Assembly: GCA_965644295.1 (NCBI GenBank)
Contig: CBFFRP010000335.1
Span: 124,001-188,000 of the forward strand
From: Paraphysomonas bandaiensis
Taxonomy: Eukaryota; Protista; Chrysophyceae
DNA: 64,000 bases
Direction of reading: 5' to 3'
The notes under the pieces were generated by a model. It was not told where the DNA came from and did no database searches. It was given only the letters and a program-made list of their open reading frames with translations. Positions 1 through 15,000 of the stretch are shown piece after piece (position 1 is the stretch's first letter; each line of letters begins with the position of its first letter). Made by a program: the position numbers and the translations under genes.

Positions 1-3000
1 TCCCACGAAACTAATTCAGCGTCCGGATCGTGAGCGCCAGTTGTGCGGAATATGTACTCGCCGTCTGCCATGCAAGACTTACATGCGGTAGTGTGGTCAC
101 CCCCTTCATAAAACTCGCTACAATAAGGTTTACCGTATGCAAACAGTACAGATTTGTTTTCAGCATCAGTGATGTACCATCCCGTCCGAAGGAATTCGGA
201 TGAGGTCACATTCAGGCTGCTATCTGCTGAGTCGCCTAGAGAAGTGTTACCAGAGTTGGTAAAATCCATGAAAAACTCATCGGCATAAATATGGGTGTCC
301 ACATTAAAAGAAAAGCAGGTACTACCGCAATTTTCTGGATATATCCACAGATTTTTCCACGAATCGATGGTATAGGACTGACTAATGTAGTCAAAGTTGA
401 ACACCACATGCGTGCCATAACCACCATAGTATTTATTTCTCCATACACCGTTTTCAACAATTTGAACAGTCCAGTGAACCTCCCAAAACAACGCAGGATG
501 GGACACCACACCATCATCCAGCTCAAAATAATACGACTGGTCATAAGGTACATTTAGGGGAACGAGCATCCCCCCACGAATGGATTCATTAAATTTCAAG
601 CCAGTCTTAATCAGATTCGATTGATACACTTGTGCTGAGGGCTGAATAGAATCAGCAGATGTAGTATGTTGGTGTTGATTGGCTGACAACTTAGTGCTAG
701 AACTGGGACCATTTCGCATTGTAGCATAGTATGTGAAGTTAATACTGTGAGGCCACCCGTCACCAAACTGATCATAGAGAGTAATATACAACCCAGTCGG
801 CTTAGACACAGCGGGAGGATACTCCAATATGTCATGCAATATAAAGGGAGGAAAAGGTGTGGGTACAAATGATGGAGCATAACTCGGTATAGGCGTTGGA
901 CCCACTGATGGCCTACAAGAAGGCGCAGCGCTGGGGGTCTCAGAAGGTTCAAATGACGGTAAAAGTGTAGGGGATGCGGAGAGGGAGTCCGAACAGACTT
1001 GATCCACACCGCCCTGCGCTCCTGGAGTACACTTGCCATCTACAATAGTAAACCGAAGCTGAAACTGCGACGTACCGGAAATTCCACAGAACTCCCACAA
1101 CTCCCAATCACTATCACTATCACAAGCACCGGTTGTTTTATACAAATATTCACCATCAGGAAGGCAGCATGAGCATCGACTTTCATTTCCCTCGGCATTA
1201 CATGATGGTGAGCCGTATGCAGTTATCGTAGATGTCTCATTCGCATCTACAATATACCAACCAAGAGTCATGTACTCGCCAGTAGAAATATTTGGTCCAT
1301 AGCCATATGTAATAGGAGTAGACGAATGTAGTACATTACCCCAAAACACATCCAATGAATTATCACCCGTAGTCAAACAATCATGACATACAGATGGATA
1401 CTTCCATACATTTTGAGAGTTCAACAAACTATATGACCCATCCATACGATTAAATGCAAATGTCAAGGTAGTGTTATACCCTCCATAATACTTCTCCTTC
1501 CAAACACCACCCTCTACAATCTGAACTGTCCAGTGTATCTCCCAATAGTACTCGGGAACGATAGATTTCCCATCACTGTCTGTGGAAAATAAGTTGAAAT
1601 GGTACAGTTGATCAACATTTAAATCAGATGGCGGTAAACATCCTGACAGCTTCGGACATTGACAATTCAAGGAATTGGAAACTATATTAGACTCATCATC
1701 ACGAACTTGGGCCCAATAATAGAGTTTAGTTTCATTTCCCCAGCCATCACCAAACTGGTCAAAAGCACTGATATAGAGACAGGTTTCATTATACGCACCA
1801 TCGGAATCAGAACAGTCACTGCATTCAAGAACATTAACCAATGAAAGAGTGCCCAGAATAGTAGGGTTGGACGAAGGAATTGCAGAGGGGATCCACGAAG
1901 GAGATCCACTCGGTAGGCTTGACGGAATAGATGTGGGTTCACCTGAAGGCTCTCCAGTAGGCAAACTACTGGGGACAGATGATGGCTCACCAGTAGGATC
2001 ACCACTAGGTAATGAAGTCGGTACATTGCTTGGTACTGAACTTGGCTGCCCTGTTGGTTCACCACTCGGTAGGCTTGACGGAATAGATGTGGGTTCAAAA
2101 GTTGGTATAGACGTTGGACCCACTGATGGCCTACAAGAAGGCGCAGCGCTGGGGGTCTCAGAAGGTTCAAATGACGGTAAAAGTGTAGGGGATGCGGAGA
2201 GGGAGTCCGAACAGACTTGATCCACACCGCCCTGCGCTCCTGGAGTACACTTGCCATCTACAATAGTAAACCGAAGTTGAAACTGCGACGTACCGGAAAT
2301 TCCACAGAACTCCCACAACTCCCAATCACTATCACTATCACAAGCACCGGTTGTTTTATACAAATATTCACCATCAGGAAGGCAGCATGAGCATCGACTT
2401 TCATTTCCCTCGGCATTACATGATGGTGAGCCGTATGCAGTTATCGTAGATGTCTCATTCGCATCTACAATATACCAACCAAGAGTCATGTACTCGCCAG
2501 TAGAAATATTTGGTCCATAGCCATATGTAATAGGAGTAGACGAATGTAGTACATTACCCCAAAACACATCCAATGAATTATCACCCGTAGTCAAACAATC
2601 ATGACATACAGATGGATACTTCCATACATTTTGAGAGTTCAACAAACTATATGACCCATCCATACGATTAAATGCAAATGTCAAGGTAGTGTTATACCCT
2701 CCATAATACTTCTCCTTCCAAACACCACCCTCTACAATCTGAACTGTCCAGTGTATCTCCCAATAGTACTCGGGAACGATAGATTTCCCATCACTGTCTG
2801 TGGAAAATAAGTTGAAATGGTACAGTTGATCAACATTTAAATCAGATGGCGGTAAACATCCTGACAGCTTCGGACATTGACAATTCAAGGAATTGGAAAC
2901 TATATTAGACTCATCATCACGAACTTGGGCCCAATAATAGAGTTTAGTTTCATTTCCCCAGCCATCACCAAACTGGTCAAAAGCACTGATATAGAGACAG

Positions 3001-6000
3001 GTTTCATTATACGCACCATCGGAATCAGAACAGTCACTGCATTCAAGAACATTAACCAATGAAAGAGTGCCCAGAATAGTAGGGTTGGACGAAGGAATTG
3101 CAGAGGGGATCCACGAAGGAGATCCACTCGGTAGGCTTGACGGAATAGATGTGGGTTCACCTGAAGGCTCTCCAGTAGGCAAACTACTGGGGACAGATGA
3201 TGGCTCACCAGTAGGATCACCACTAGGTAATGAAGTCGGTACATTGCTTGGTACTGAACTTGGCTGCCCTGTTGGTTCACCACTCGGTAGGCTTGACGGA
3301 ATAGATGTGGGTTCAATAGTTGGTATAGACGTTGGACCTACTGATGGCCTACAAGAAGGCGCAGCGCTGGGGGTCTCAGAAGGTTCAAATGACGGTAAAA
3401 GTGTAGGGGATGCGGAGAGGGAGTCCGAACAGACTTGATCCACACCGCCCTGCGCTCCTGGAGTACACTTGCCATCTACAATAGTAAACCGAAGCTGAAA
3501 CTGCGACGTACCGGAAATTCCACAGAACTCCCACAACTCCCAATCACTATCACTATCACAAGCACCGGTTGTTTTATACAAATATTCACCATCAGGAAGG
3601 CAGCATGAGCATCGACTTTCATTTCCCTCGGCATTACATGATGGTGAGCCGTATGCAGTTATCGTAGATGTCTCATTCGCATCTACAATATACCAACCAA
3701 GAGTCATGTACTCGCCAGTAGAAATATTTGGTCCATAGCCATATGTAATAGGAGTAGACGAATGTAGTACATTACCCCAAAACATATCCAATGAATTATC
3801 ACCCGTAGTCAAACAATCATGACATACAGATGGATACTTCCATACATTTTGAGAGTTCAACAAACTATATGACCCATCCATACGATTAAATGCAAATGTC
3901 AAGGTAGTGTTATACCCTCCATAATACTTCTCCTTCCAAACACCACCCTCTACAATCTGAACTGTCCAGTGTATCTCCCAATAGTACTCGGGAACGATAG
4001 ATTTCCCATCACTGTCTGTGGAAAATAAGTTGAAATGGTACAGTTGATCAACATTTAAATCAGATGGCGGTAAACATCCTGACAGCTTCGGACATTGACA
4101 ATTCAAGGAATTGGAAACTATATTAGACTCATCATCACGAACTTGGGCCCAATAATAGAGTTTAGTTTCATTTCCCCAGCCATCACCAAACTGGTCAAAA
4201 GCACTGATATAGAGACAGGTTTCATTATACGCACCATCGGAATCAGAACAGTCACTGCACTCAAGAACATTAACCAATGAAAGAGTGCCCAGAATAGTAG
4301 GGTTGGACGAAGGAATTGCAGAGGGGATCCACGAAGGAGATCCACTCGGTAGGCTTGACGGAATAGATGTGGGTTCACCTGAAGGCTCTCCAGTAGGCAA
4401 ACTACTGGGGACAGATGATGGCTCACCAGTAGGATCACCACTAGGTAATGAAGTCGGTACATTGCTTGGTACTGAACTTGGCTGCCCTGTTGGTTCACCA
4501 CTCGGTAGGCTTGACGGAATAGATGTGGGTTCACCTGAAGGCTCTCCAGTAGGCAAACTACTGGGGACAGATGATGGCTCACCAGTAGGATCACCACTAG
4601 GTAATGAAGTCGGTACATTGCTTGGTACTGAACTTGGCTGCCCTGTTGGTTCACCACTCGGTAGGCTTGACGGAATAGATGTGGGTTCACCTGAAGGCTC
4701 TCCAGTAGGCAAACTACTGGGGACAGATGATGGCTCACCAGTAGGATCACCACTAGGTAATGAAGTCGGTACATTGCTTGGTACTGAACTTGGCTGCCCT
4801 GTTGGTTCACCACTCGGTAGGCTTGACGGAATAGATGTGGGTTCACCTGAAGGCTCTCCAGTAGGCAAACTACTGGGGACAGATGATGGCTCACCAGTAG
4901 GATCACCACTAGGTAATGAAGTCGGTACATTGCTTGGTACTGAACTTGGCTGCCCTGTTGGTTCACCACTCGGTAGGCTTGACGGAATAGATGTGGGTTC
5001 ACCTGAAGGCTCTCCAGTAGGCAAACTACTGGGGACAGATGATGGCTCACCAGTAGGATCACCACTAGGTAATGAAGTCGGTACATTGCTTGGTACTGAA
5101 CTTGGCTGCCCTGTTGGTTCACCACTCGGTAGGCTTGACGGAATAGATGTGGGTTCACCTGAAGGCTCTCCAGTAGGCAAACTACTGGGGACAGATGATG
5201 GCTCACCAGTAGGATCACCACTAGGTAATGAAGTCGGTACATTGCTTGGTACTGAACTTGGCTGCCCTGTTGGTTCACCACTCGGTAGGCTTGACGGAAT
5301 AGATGTGGGTTCACCTGAAGGCTCTCCAGTAGGCAAACTACTGGGGACAGATGATGGCTCACCAGTAGGATCACCACTAGGTAATGAAGTCGGTACATTG
5401 CTTGGTACTGAACTTGGCTGCCCTGTTGGTTCACCACTCGGTAGGCTTGACGGAATAGATGTGGGTTCACCTGAAGGCTCTCCAGTAGGCAAACTACTGG
5501 GGACAGATGATGGCTCACCAGTAGGATCACCACTAGGTAATGAAGTCGGTACATTGCTTGGTACTGAACTTGGCTGCCCTGTTGGTTCACCACTCGGTAG
5601 GCTTGACGGAATAGATGTGGGTTCACCTGAAGGCTCTCCAGTAGGCAAACTACTGGGGACAGATGATGGCTCACCAGTAGGATCACCACTAGGTAATGAA
5701 GTCGGTACATTGCTTGGTACTGAACTTGGCTGCCCTGTTGGTTCACCACTCGGTAGGCTTGACGGAATAGATGTGGGTTCACCTGAAGGCTCTCCAGTAG
5801 GCAAACTACTGGGGACAGATGATGGCTCACCAGTAGGATCACCACTAGGTAATGAAGTCGGTACATTGCTTGGTACTGAACTTGGCTGCCCTGTTGGTTC
5901 ACCACTCGGTAGGCTTGACGGAATAGATGTGGGTTCACCTGAAGGCTCTCCAGTAGGCAAACTACTGGGGACAGATGATGGCTCACCAGTAGGATCACCA

Positions 6001-9000
6001 CTAGGTAATGAAGTCGGTACATTGCTTGGTACTGAACTTGGCTGCCCTGTCGGTTCACCACTCGGTAGGCTTGACGGAATAGATGTGGGTTCACCTGAAG
6101 GCTCTCCAGTAGGCAAACTACTGGGGACAGATGATGGCTCACCAGTAGGATCACCACTAGGTAATGAAGTCGGTACATTGCTTGGTACTGAACTTGGCTG
6201 CCCTGTTGGTTCACCACTCGGTAGGCTTGACGGAATAGATGTGGGTTCACCTGAAGGCTCTCCAGTAGGCAAACTACTGGGGACAGATGATGGCTCACCA
6301 GTAGGATCACCACTAGGTAATGAAGTCGGTACATTGCTTGGTACTGAACTTGGCTGCCCTGTTGGTTCACCACTCGGTAGGCTTGACGGAATAGATGTGG
6401 GTTCACCTGAAGGCTCTCCAGTAGGCAAACTACTGGGGACAGATGATGGCTCACCAGTAGGATCACCACTAGGTAATGAAGTCGGTACATTGCTTGGTAC
6501 TGAACTTGGCTGCCCTGTTGGTTCACCACTCGGTAGGCTTGACGGAATAGATGTGGGTTCACCTGAAGGCTCTCCAGTAGGCAAACTACTGGGGACAGAT
6601 GATGGCTCACCAGTAGGATCACCACTAGGTAATGAAGTCGGTACATTGCTTGGTACTGAACTTGGCTGCCCTGTTGGTTCACCACTCGGTAGGCTTGACG
6701 GAATAGATGTGGGTTCACCTGAAGGCTCTCCAGTAGGCAAACTACTGGGGACAGATGATGGCTCACCAGTAGGATCACCACTAGGTAATGAAGTCGGTAC
6801 ATTGCTTGGTACTGAACTTGGCTGCCCTGTTGGTTCACCACTCGGTAGGCTTGACGGAATAGATGTGGGTTCACCTGAAGGCTCTCCAGTAGGCAAACTA
6901 CTGGGGACAGATGATGGCTCACCAGTAGGATCACCACTAGGTAATGAAGTCGGTACATTGCTTGGTACTGAACTTGGCTGCCCTGTCGGTTCACCACTCG
7001 GTAGGCTTGACGGAATAGATGTGGGTTCACCTGAAGGCTCTCCAGTAGGCAAACTACTGGGGACAGATGATGGCTCACCAGTAGGATCACCACTAGGTAA
7101 TGAAGTCGGTACATTGCTTGGTACTGAACTTGGCTGCCCTGTCGGTTCACCACTCGGTAGGCTTGACGGAATAGATGTGGGTTCACCTGAAGGCTCTCCA
7201 GTAGGCAAACTACTGGGGACAGATGATGGCTCACCAGTAGGATCACCACTAGGTAATGAAGTCGGTACATTGCTTGGTACTGAACTTGGCTGCCCTGTTG
7301 GTTCACCACTCGGTAGGCTTGACGGAATAGATGTGGGTTCACCTGAAGGCTCTCCAGTAGGCAAACTACTGGGGACAGATGATGGCTCACCAGTAGGATC
7401 ACCACTAGGTAATGAAGTCGGTACATTGCTTGGTACTGAACTTGGCTGCCCTGTCGGTTCACCACTCGGTAGGCTTGACGGAATAGATGTGGGTTCACCT
7501 GAAGGCTCTCCAGTAGGCAAACTACTGGGGACAGATGATGGCTCACCAGTAGGATCACCACTAGGTAATGAAGTCGGTACATTGCTTGGTACTGAACTTG
7601 GCTGCCCTGTCGGTTCACCACTCGGTAGGCTTGACGGAATAGATGTGGGTTCACCTGAAGGCTCTCCAGTAGGCAAACTACTGGGGACAGATGATGGCTC
7701 ACCAGTAGGATCACCACTAGGTAATGAAGTCGGTACATTGCTTGGTACTGAACTTGGCTGCCCTGTTGGTTCACCACTCGGTAGGCTTGACGGAATAGAT
7801 GTGGGTTCACCTGAAGGCTCTCCAGTAGGCAAACTACTGGGGACAGATGATGGCTCACCAGTAGGATCACCACTAGGTAATGAAGTCGGTACATTGCTTG
7901 GTACTGAACTTGGCTGCCCTGTTGGTTCACCACTCGGTAGGCTTGACGGAATAGATGTGGGTTCACCTGAAGGCTCTCCAGTAGGCAAACTACTGGGGAC
8001 AGATGATGGCTCACCAGTAGGATCACCACTAGGTAATGAAGTCGGTACATTGCTTGGTACTGAACTTGGCTGCCCTGTTGGTTCACCACTCGGTAGGCTT
8101 GACGGAATAGATGTGGGTTCACCTGAAGGCTCTCCAGTAGGATGATTGGTTGGAAGCAATGATGGAACCGACGATGGTACACCGGTAGGATTAGAACTCA
8201 ATGTGTCACTACACACGCCAGTAACATCACCATAAGCGCCAGGGTGACATACACCATCAGTTATCACAAATGTCAACTCATTCTGACCTGTACCAGACAC
8301 ACCACAGAATTCCCACTCAAACCTTGAGCTTCTATCATCACAAGCCCCAGTGGATCTAAAGATATAGCTACCATCACCCAAACAAGCCAAACAATCAACC
8401 TCACTACCATTAGGGTATAACATATTATCGCAGAATACTGTCTCGTGCGCGTACAATAATTCTTTGTTTATATCAGTCACATACCATGAACTTGTGTACA
8501 ACTGCGTTGACGTACTACCGTGAGTTGACATGCTACCATCCCCTTTATAGGAAACAGACTCCAAATAATCTTGATACTTCACTGGCCACTTCAGGGAGCT
8601 ATTGCATGTAGTGCACAGTCTAGAGGGCATCCGCAAGTTATCAGATAAAACAAAATCATATGACTCATCAGCACGATTGTACTCAAATACCATACTTGTG
8701 TTATAACCTCCGTAATACTTCTCCTTTCGAGTGCCATTTTCTATAATCTGAACAGTCCAATGCATCTCCCAAACATACTCGGGTACAGTTTCATTCATAC
8801 TTGCCAGGGTAAAAAAGTAAAGCTGATCGATATTCAATTCCGAAGGATACACACAACCCGACATCTGAGAACAACTACAATCCAGAGAATTACGAATTAT
8901 GTTCGAGTCATCATCACGTATCTGAACCCAATAGTAGAAATCTACTGCATCAGACCAACCATCACCAAATTGATCCAATAATGTCACATACAAACATGTA

Positions 9001-12000
9001 TCATTGCTACCAATATTAACTGTATCGCAGTCAGATATACATTCTAACTCATTGTTCAATACAACTGTGCCCAAAGTCGTAGGGGCGGATGATGGTTGTC
9101 CGGATGGAAGAGATGTGGGTGATGAAGAGGGGCATTCAGAGGGCACAGATGTTGGTAAATATGATGGTGAAGTGGTCGGTAACCAAGTTGGTTCGCCACT
9201 AGGAATAGACGTGGGCTTACCGGTTGGAAGCAATGATGGAACCGACGATGGTACACTGGTAGGATTAGAACTCAATGTGTCACTACACACGCCAGTAACA
9301 TCACCATAAGCGCCAGGGTGACATACACCATCAGTTATCACAAATGTCAACTCATTCTGACCTGTACCAGACACACCACAGAATTCCCACTCTTGTTTCT
9401 GCAAGGAGGTTGTTGTGTGTGTTATCCGTAGAGTATAGATACCGTCAAGGAGATTACCATATACGCAGTCGGAAATTCCCATGCTACTTATTATTCCATA
9501 GGCGTGTATTTCAGTTGTAGTGGCATTGGCGATATACCACTGAGGAGTACATCGTATACCATCTTCATTAAGTGGTATGGCTAAAAATGATTCAAGTGAT
9601 GTTATTAGATTGACACAATATTCACATGGCATCGGTGTGGCGTACGTATTTTCAGACCAAACCATGTCAAATGACCTATCCTGGCCACTATACTGGAAGG
9701 CAATACTGGTGTTATAACCTCCGTAATACTTCTCCTTTCGCGTGCCATTTTCTATAATCTGAACAGTCCAATGCATCTCCCAAACATACTCCGGAACAGT
9801 TTCATTCATACTTGCCAGGGTAAAATAGTAAAGCTGATCGATATTCAATTCCGAAGGATACACACAACCCGACATCTGAGAACAACTACAATCCAGAGAA
9901 TTACGAATTATGTTCGAGTCATCATCGCGTATCTGAACCCAATAGTAGAAATCTACTGCATCAGACCAACCATCACCAAATTGATCCAATAATGTCACAT
10001 ACAAACATGTGTCGTTCGTTGTCACATAAATACTGCTGATGTCTGCACCAGAGCATTCTAATTCATTGTTCAGTACAACTGTGCCCAAGGCTGTAGGAAC
10101 AGCAGTTGGTAGCGCTGATGGAATTGATGTTGGTGTACTGGAGGGGAAAGACGACGGTTGCCAAGACGGGCTTCCACTGGGCAACATTGTAGGAATAGCT
10201 GTGGGAGTAGAAGACGGGCAATTTGAAGGATGGGCCGATGGTTGGCCACTGGGAATAATTGTCGGGGCCGGAGATATGTTACCATTACATATCTGGTCTA
10301 CATTACCGTATGCACCTGGATAGCACATACCATTTAGCACTGAAAACTGAAACTCAAACTGCGAAGTGCCAATTACACCGCAAAAATCCCACGTTACAGA
10401 TTCACTGTTCGCATCAAATGCTCCTGCTGTTCGAAGAGTATAAAATCCATCAGCAAGACCATCTAGATCTGATAGTATTGAACTGATATTCGTGGTACAC
10501 CAAGAATGACTATACAAATATAGTACTGTTGGATCTGCTTGATCAAAAACAGACAAAGCTATATTCCAATACCCATCAGATTCGTTAACTAAGTTAGTGA
10601 ATTCCCCTAACGTATTGTTAGGAAAACTCTCAGATAGGCTACTTACACCCGAACAATCGTCATGATATGACCATAGATTCTGAGACCAAATAAGGTCGTA
10701 TGATTCCATCGTCCGATCGTACAAAAATACCATACTCGTGTTGAATCCGCCGTAATACTTTTCCGTACGGGTCCCATTCACAACAAGTTCAACCGTCCAC
10801 TGCATCTCCCAGAAATGGTCTGGAACTACTAATTCGTCGTAAAAGTTCGAGGCTACCAAGGTGAAGTGATAAAGCTGGTCAATATTCAAGTCAGATGGAT
10901 ACAAACATCCTGACATCAACAAACAACTGCAATCCAACGTGTTGGATACAATATTAGAGTCATCATCACGAATTTGGACCCAATAATGAAACTGCGTTTC
11001 ATTACTCCAACCATCACCGAATTGGTCCATTACTGATAATAGCAAACATGTGCTGTTTTCATAGGATGTATAAAGAGATATGTTACTAGCACAATCCAAA
11101 ACATCATCAAGGACAACACTACCTAAAACAGTAGGATATCCGCTTGGTACATGTGAAGGAATTCCACTTGGAGATCCACTTGGACAAAACGTAGGCTCAC
11201 CGGTTGGAAGCAATGATGGAACCGACGATGGTACACCGGTAGGATTAGAACTCAATGTGTCACTACATACGCCAGTAACATCACCATAAGCGCCAGGGTG
11301 ACATACACCATCAGTTATCACAAATGACAACTCATTCTGACCGGTACCAGACACACCACAGAATTCCCACTCAAACCTTGAACTTCTATCATCACAAGCC
11401 CCAGTGGATCTAAAGATATAGCTACCATCACCCAAACAAGCCAAACAATCAACCTCACTGCCATTACTATGTAACACATCTGATTCATCACAAAATGGCT
11501 GCTCATGCAAATATATAACAGTTTTAAACAGGTCGGTTATATACCACGATATACCATTGAAACCTTCAGGACCACCAGAATAACCGTACGTATGATATAT
11601 ACCATTCCCATTTCCATAGTGCAGTACTTCTGCAGCATATTGGTCAAAGGACACCGACATATTCCAAAAATAAGAACAATCTTTACAAACACCAGGAACA
11701 GACCATAAATTTTCCGACATAACCAAATCATATGACTCATCAGCACGATTGTACTCAAATACCATACTTGTGTTATAACCTCCGTAATACTTCTCCTTTC
11801 GCGTGCCATTTTCAATCACTTGGATTGTCCAGTGCATCTCCCAAGGATATTCAGCCACGACACTCACGCTTCCATTGGCATCAATACCAAGTAAAGTGAA
11901 ATAATACAACTGATCGATATTCAATTCCGAAGGATACACACAACCCGACATCTGAGAACAACTACAATCCAGAGAATTACGAATTATGTTCGAGTCATCA

Positions 12001-15000
12001 TCGCGTATCTGAACCCAATAGTAGAAATCTACTGCATCAGACCAACCATCACCAAATTGATCCAATAATGTCACATACAAACATGTATCATTGCTACCAA
12101 TATTAACTGTATCGCAGTCAGATATACATTCTAACTCATTGTTCAATACAACTGTGCCCAAAGTCGTAGGGGCGGATGATGGTTGTCCGGATGGAAGAGA
12201 TGTGGGTGATGAAGAGGGGCATTCAGAGGGCACAGATGTTGGTAAATATGATGGCTGTCCCGATGGAACACCAGAAGGTGAATTAGACGGTTGTGATGAC
12301 GGAGTATATGAGGGTATGCCTGAAGGATATCCACTTGGTACATGTGAAGGAATTCCACTTGGAGATCCACTTGGACAAAACGTAGGCTCACCGGTTGGAA
12401 GCAATGATGGAACCGACGATGGTACACTGGTAGGATTAGAACTCAATGTGTCACTACACACACCAGTAACATCACCATAAGCGCCAGGGTGACATACACC
12501 ATCAGTTATCACAAATGACAACTCATTCTGACCGGTACCAGACACACCACAGAATTCCCACTCAAACCTTGAACTTCTATCATCACAAGCCCCAGTGGAT
12601 CTAAAGATATAGCTACCATCACCCAAACAAGCCAAACAATCAACCTCACTGCCATTACTATGTAACACATCTGATTCATCACAAAATGGCTGCTCATGCA
12701 AATATATAACAGTTTTAAACAGGTCGGTTATATACCACGATATACCATTGAAACCTTCAGGACCACCAGAATAACCGTACGTATGATATATACCATTCCC
12801 ATTTCCATAGTGCAGTACTTCTGCAGCATATTGGTCAAAGGACACCGACATATTCCAAAAATAAGAACAATCTTTACAAACACCAGGAACAGACCATAAA
12901 TTTTCCGACATAACCAAATCATATGACTCATCAGCACGATTGTACTCAAATACCATACTTGTGTTATAACCTCCGTAATACTTCTCCTTTCGCGTGCCAT
13001 TTTCAATCACTTGGATTGTCCAGTGCATCTCCCAAGGATATTCAGCCACGACACTCACGCTTCCATTGGCATCAATACCAAGTAAAGTGAAATAATACAA
13101 CTGATCGATATTCAATTCCGAAGGATACACACAACCCGACATCTGAGAACAACTACAATCCAGAGAATTACGAATTATGTTCGAGTCATCATCGCGTATC
13201 TGAACCCAATAGTAGAAATCTACTGCATCAGACCAACCATCACCAAATTGATCCAATAATGTCACATACAAACATGTATCATTGCTACCAATATTAACTG
13301 TATCGCAGTCAGATATACATTCTAACTCATTGTTCAATACAACTGTGCCCAAAGTCGTAGGGGCGGATGATGGTTGTCCGGATGGAAGAGATGTGGGTGA
13401 TGAAGAGGGGCATTCAGAGGGCACAGATGTTGGTAAATATGATGGCTGTCCCGATGGAACACCAGAAGGTGAATTAGACGGTTGTGATGACGGAGTATAT
13501 GAGGGTATGCCTGAAGGATATCCACTTGGTACATGTGAAGGAATTCCACTTGGAGATCCACTTGGACAAAACGTAGGCTCACCGGTTGGAAGCAATGATG
13601 GAACCGACGATGGTACACTGGTAGGATTAGAACTCAATGTGTCACTACACACACCAGTAACATCACCATAAGCGCCAGGGTGACATACACCATCAGTTAT
13701 CACAAATGACAACTCATTCTGACCGGTACCAGACACACCACAGAATTCCCACTCAAACCTTGAACTTCTATCATCACAAGCCCCAGTGGATCTAAAGATA
13801 TAGCTACCATCACCCAAACAAGCCAAACAATCAACCTCACTGCCATTACTATGTAACACATCTGATTCATCACAAAATGGCTGCTCATGCAAATATATAA
13901 CAGTTTTAAACAGGTCGGTTATATACCACGATATACCATTGAAACCTTCAGGACCACCAGAATAACCGTACGTATGATATATACCATTCCCATTTCCATA
14001 GTGCAGTACTTCTGCAGCATATTGGTCAAAGGACACCGACATATTCCAAAAATAAGAACAATCTTTACAAACACCAGGAACAGACCATAAATTTTCCGAC
14101 ATAACCAAATCATATGACTCATCAGCACGATTGTACTCAAATACCATACTTGTGTTATAACCTCCGTAATACTTCTCCTTTCGCGTGCCATTTTCAATCA
14201 CTTGGATTGTCCAGTGCATCTCCCAAGGATATTCAGCCACGACACTCACGCTTCCATTGGCATCAATACCAAGTAAAGTGAAATAATACAACTGATCGAT
14301 ATTCAATTCCGAAGGATACACACAACCCGACATCTGAGAACAACTACAATCCAGAGAATTACGAATTATGTTCGAGTCATCATCGCGTATCTGAACCCAA
14401 TAGTAGAAATCTACTGCATCAGACCAACCATCACCAAATTGATCCAATAATGTCACATACAAACATGTATCATTGCTACCAATATTAACTGTATCGCAGT
14501 CAGATATACATTCTAACTCATTGTTCAATACAACTGTGCCCAAAGTCGTAGGGGCGGATGATGGTTGTCCGGATGGAAGAGATGTGGGTGATGAAGAGGG
14601 GCATTCAGAGGGCACAGATGTTGGTAAATATGATGGCTGTCCCGATGGAACACCAGAAGGTGAATTAGACGGTTGTGATGACGGAGTATATGAGGGTATG
14701 CCTGAAGGATATCCACTTGGTACATGTGAAGGAATTCCACTTGGAGATCCACTTGGACAAAACGTAGGCTCACCGGTTGGAAGCAATGATGGAACCGACG
14801 ATGGTACACTGGTAGGATTAGAACTCAATGTGTCACTACACACACCAGTAACATCACCATAAGCGCCAGGGTGACATACACCATCAGTTATCACAAATGA
14901 CAACTCATTCTGACCGGTACCAGACACACCACAGAATTCCCACTCAAACCTTGAACTTCTATCATCACAAGCCCCAGTGGATCTAAAGATATAGCTACCA

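Noticed and set aside
4342-8141. CRISPR-like or satellite interpretation of the 156-bp and 106-bp arrays
   Set aside because: No unique spacers, no cas genes and a eukaryotic context; the 156-bp unit is coding.
4285-8145. 1286-aa plus-strand Gly-rich ORF (GSPVG...) and similar short ORFs across 1.8-21.8 kb and at 29456-29920
   Set aside because: Antisense mirror of P-[ST]-x-x codons (CCN reads as GGN), interrupted by stops at every globular domain.
4118-8182. 1354-aa minus-strand ORF (VNPHLFRQAYRVV... repeats)
   Set aside because: A shifted-frame shadow of the giant ORF. The array SNP changes Q to R here but is silent in the true frame, and this ORF ends in stops outside the array.
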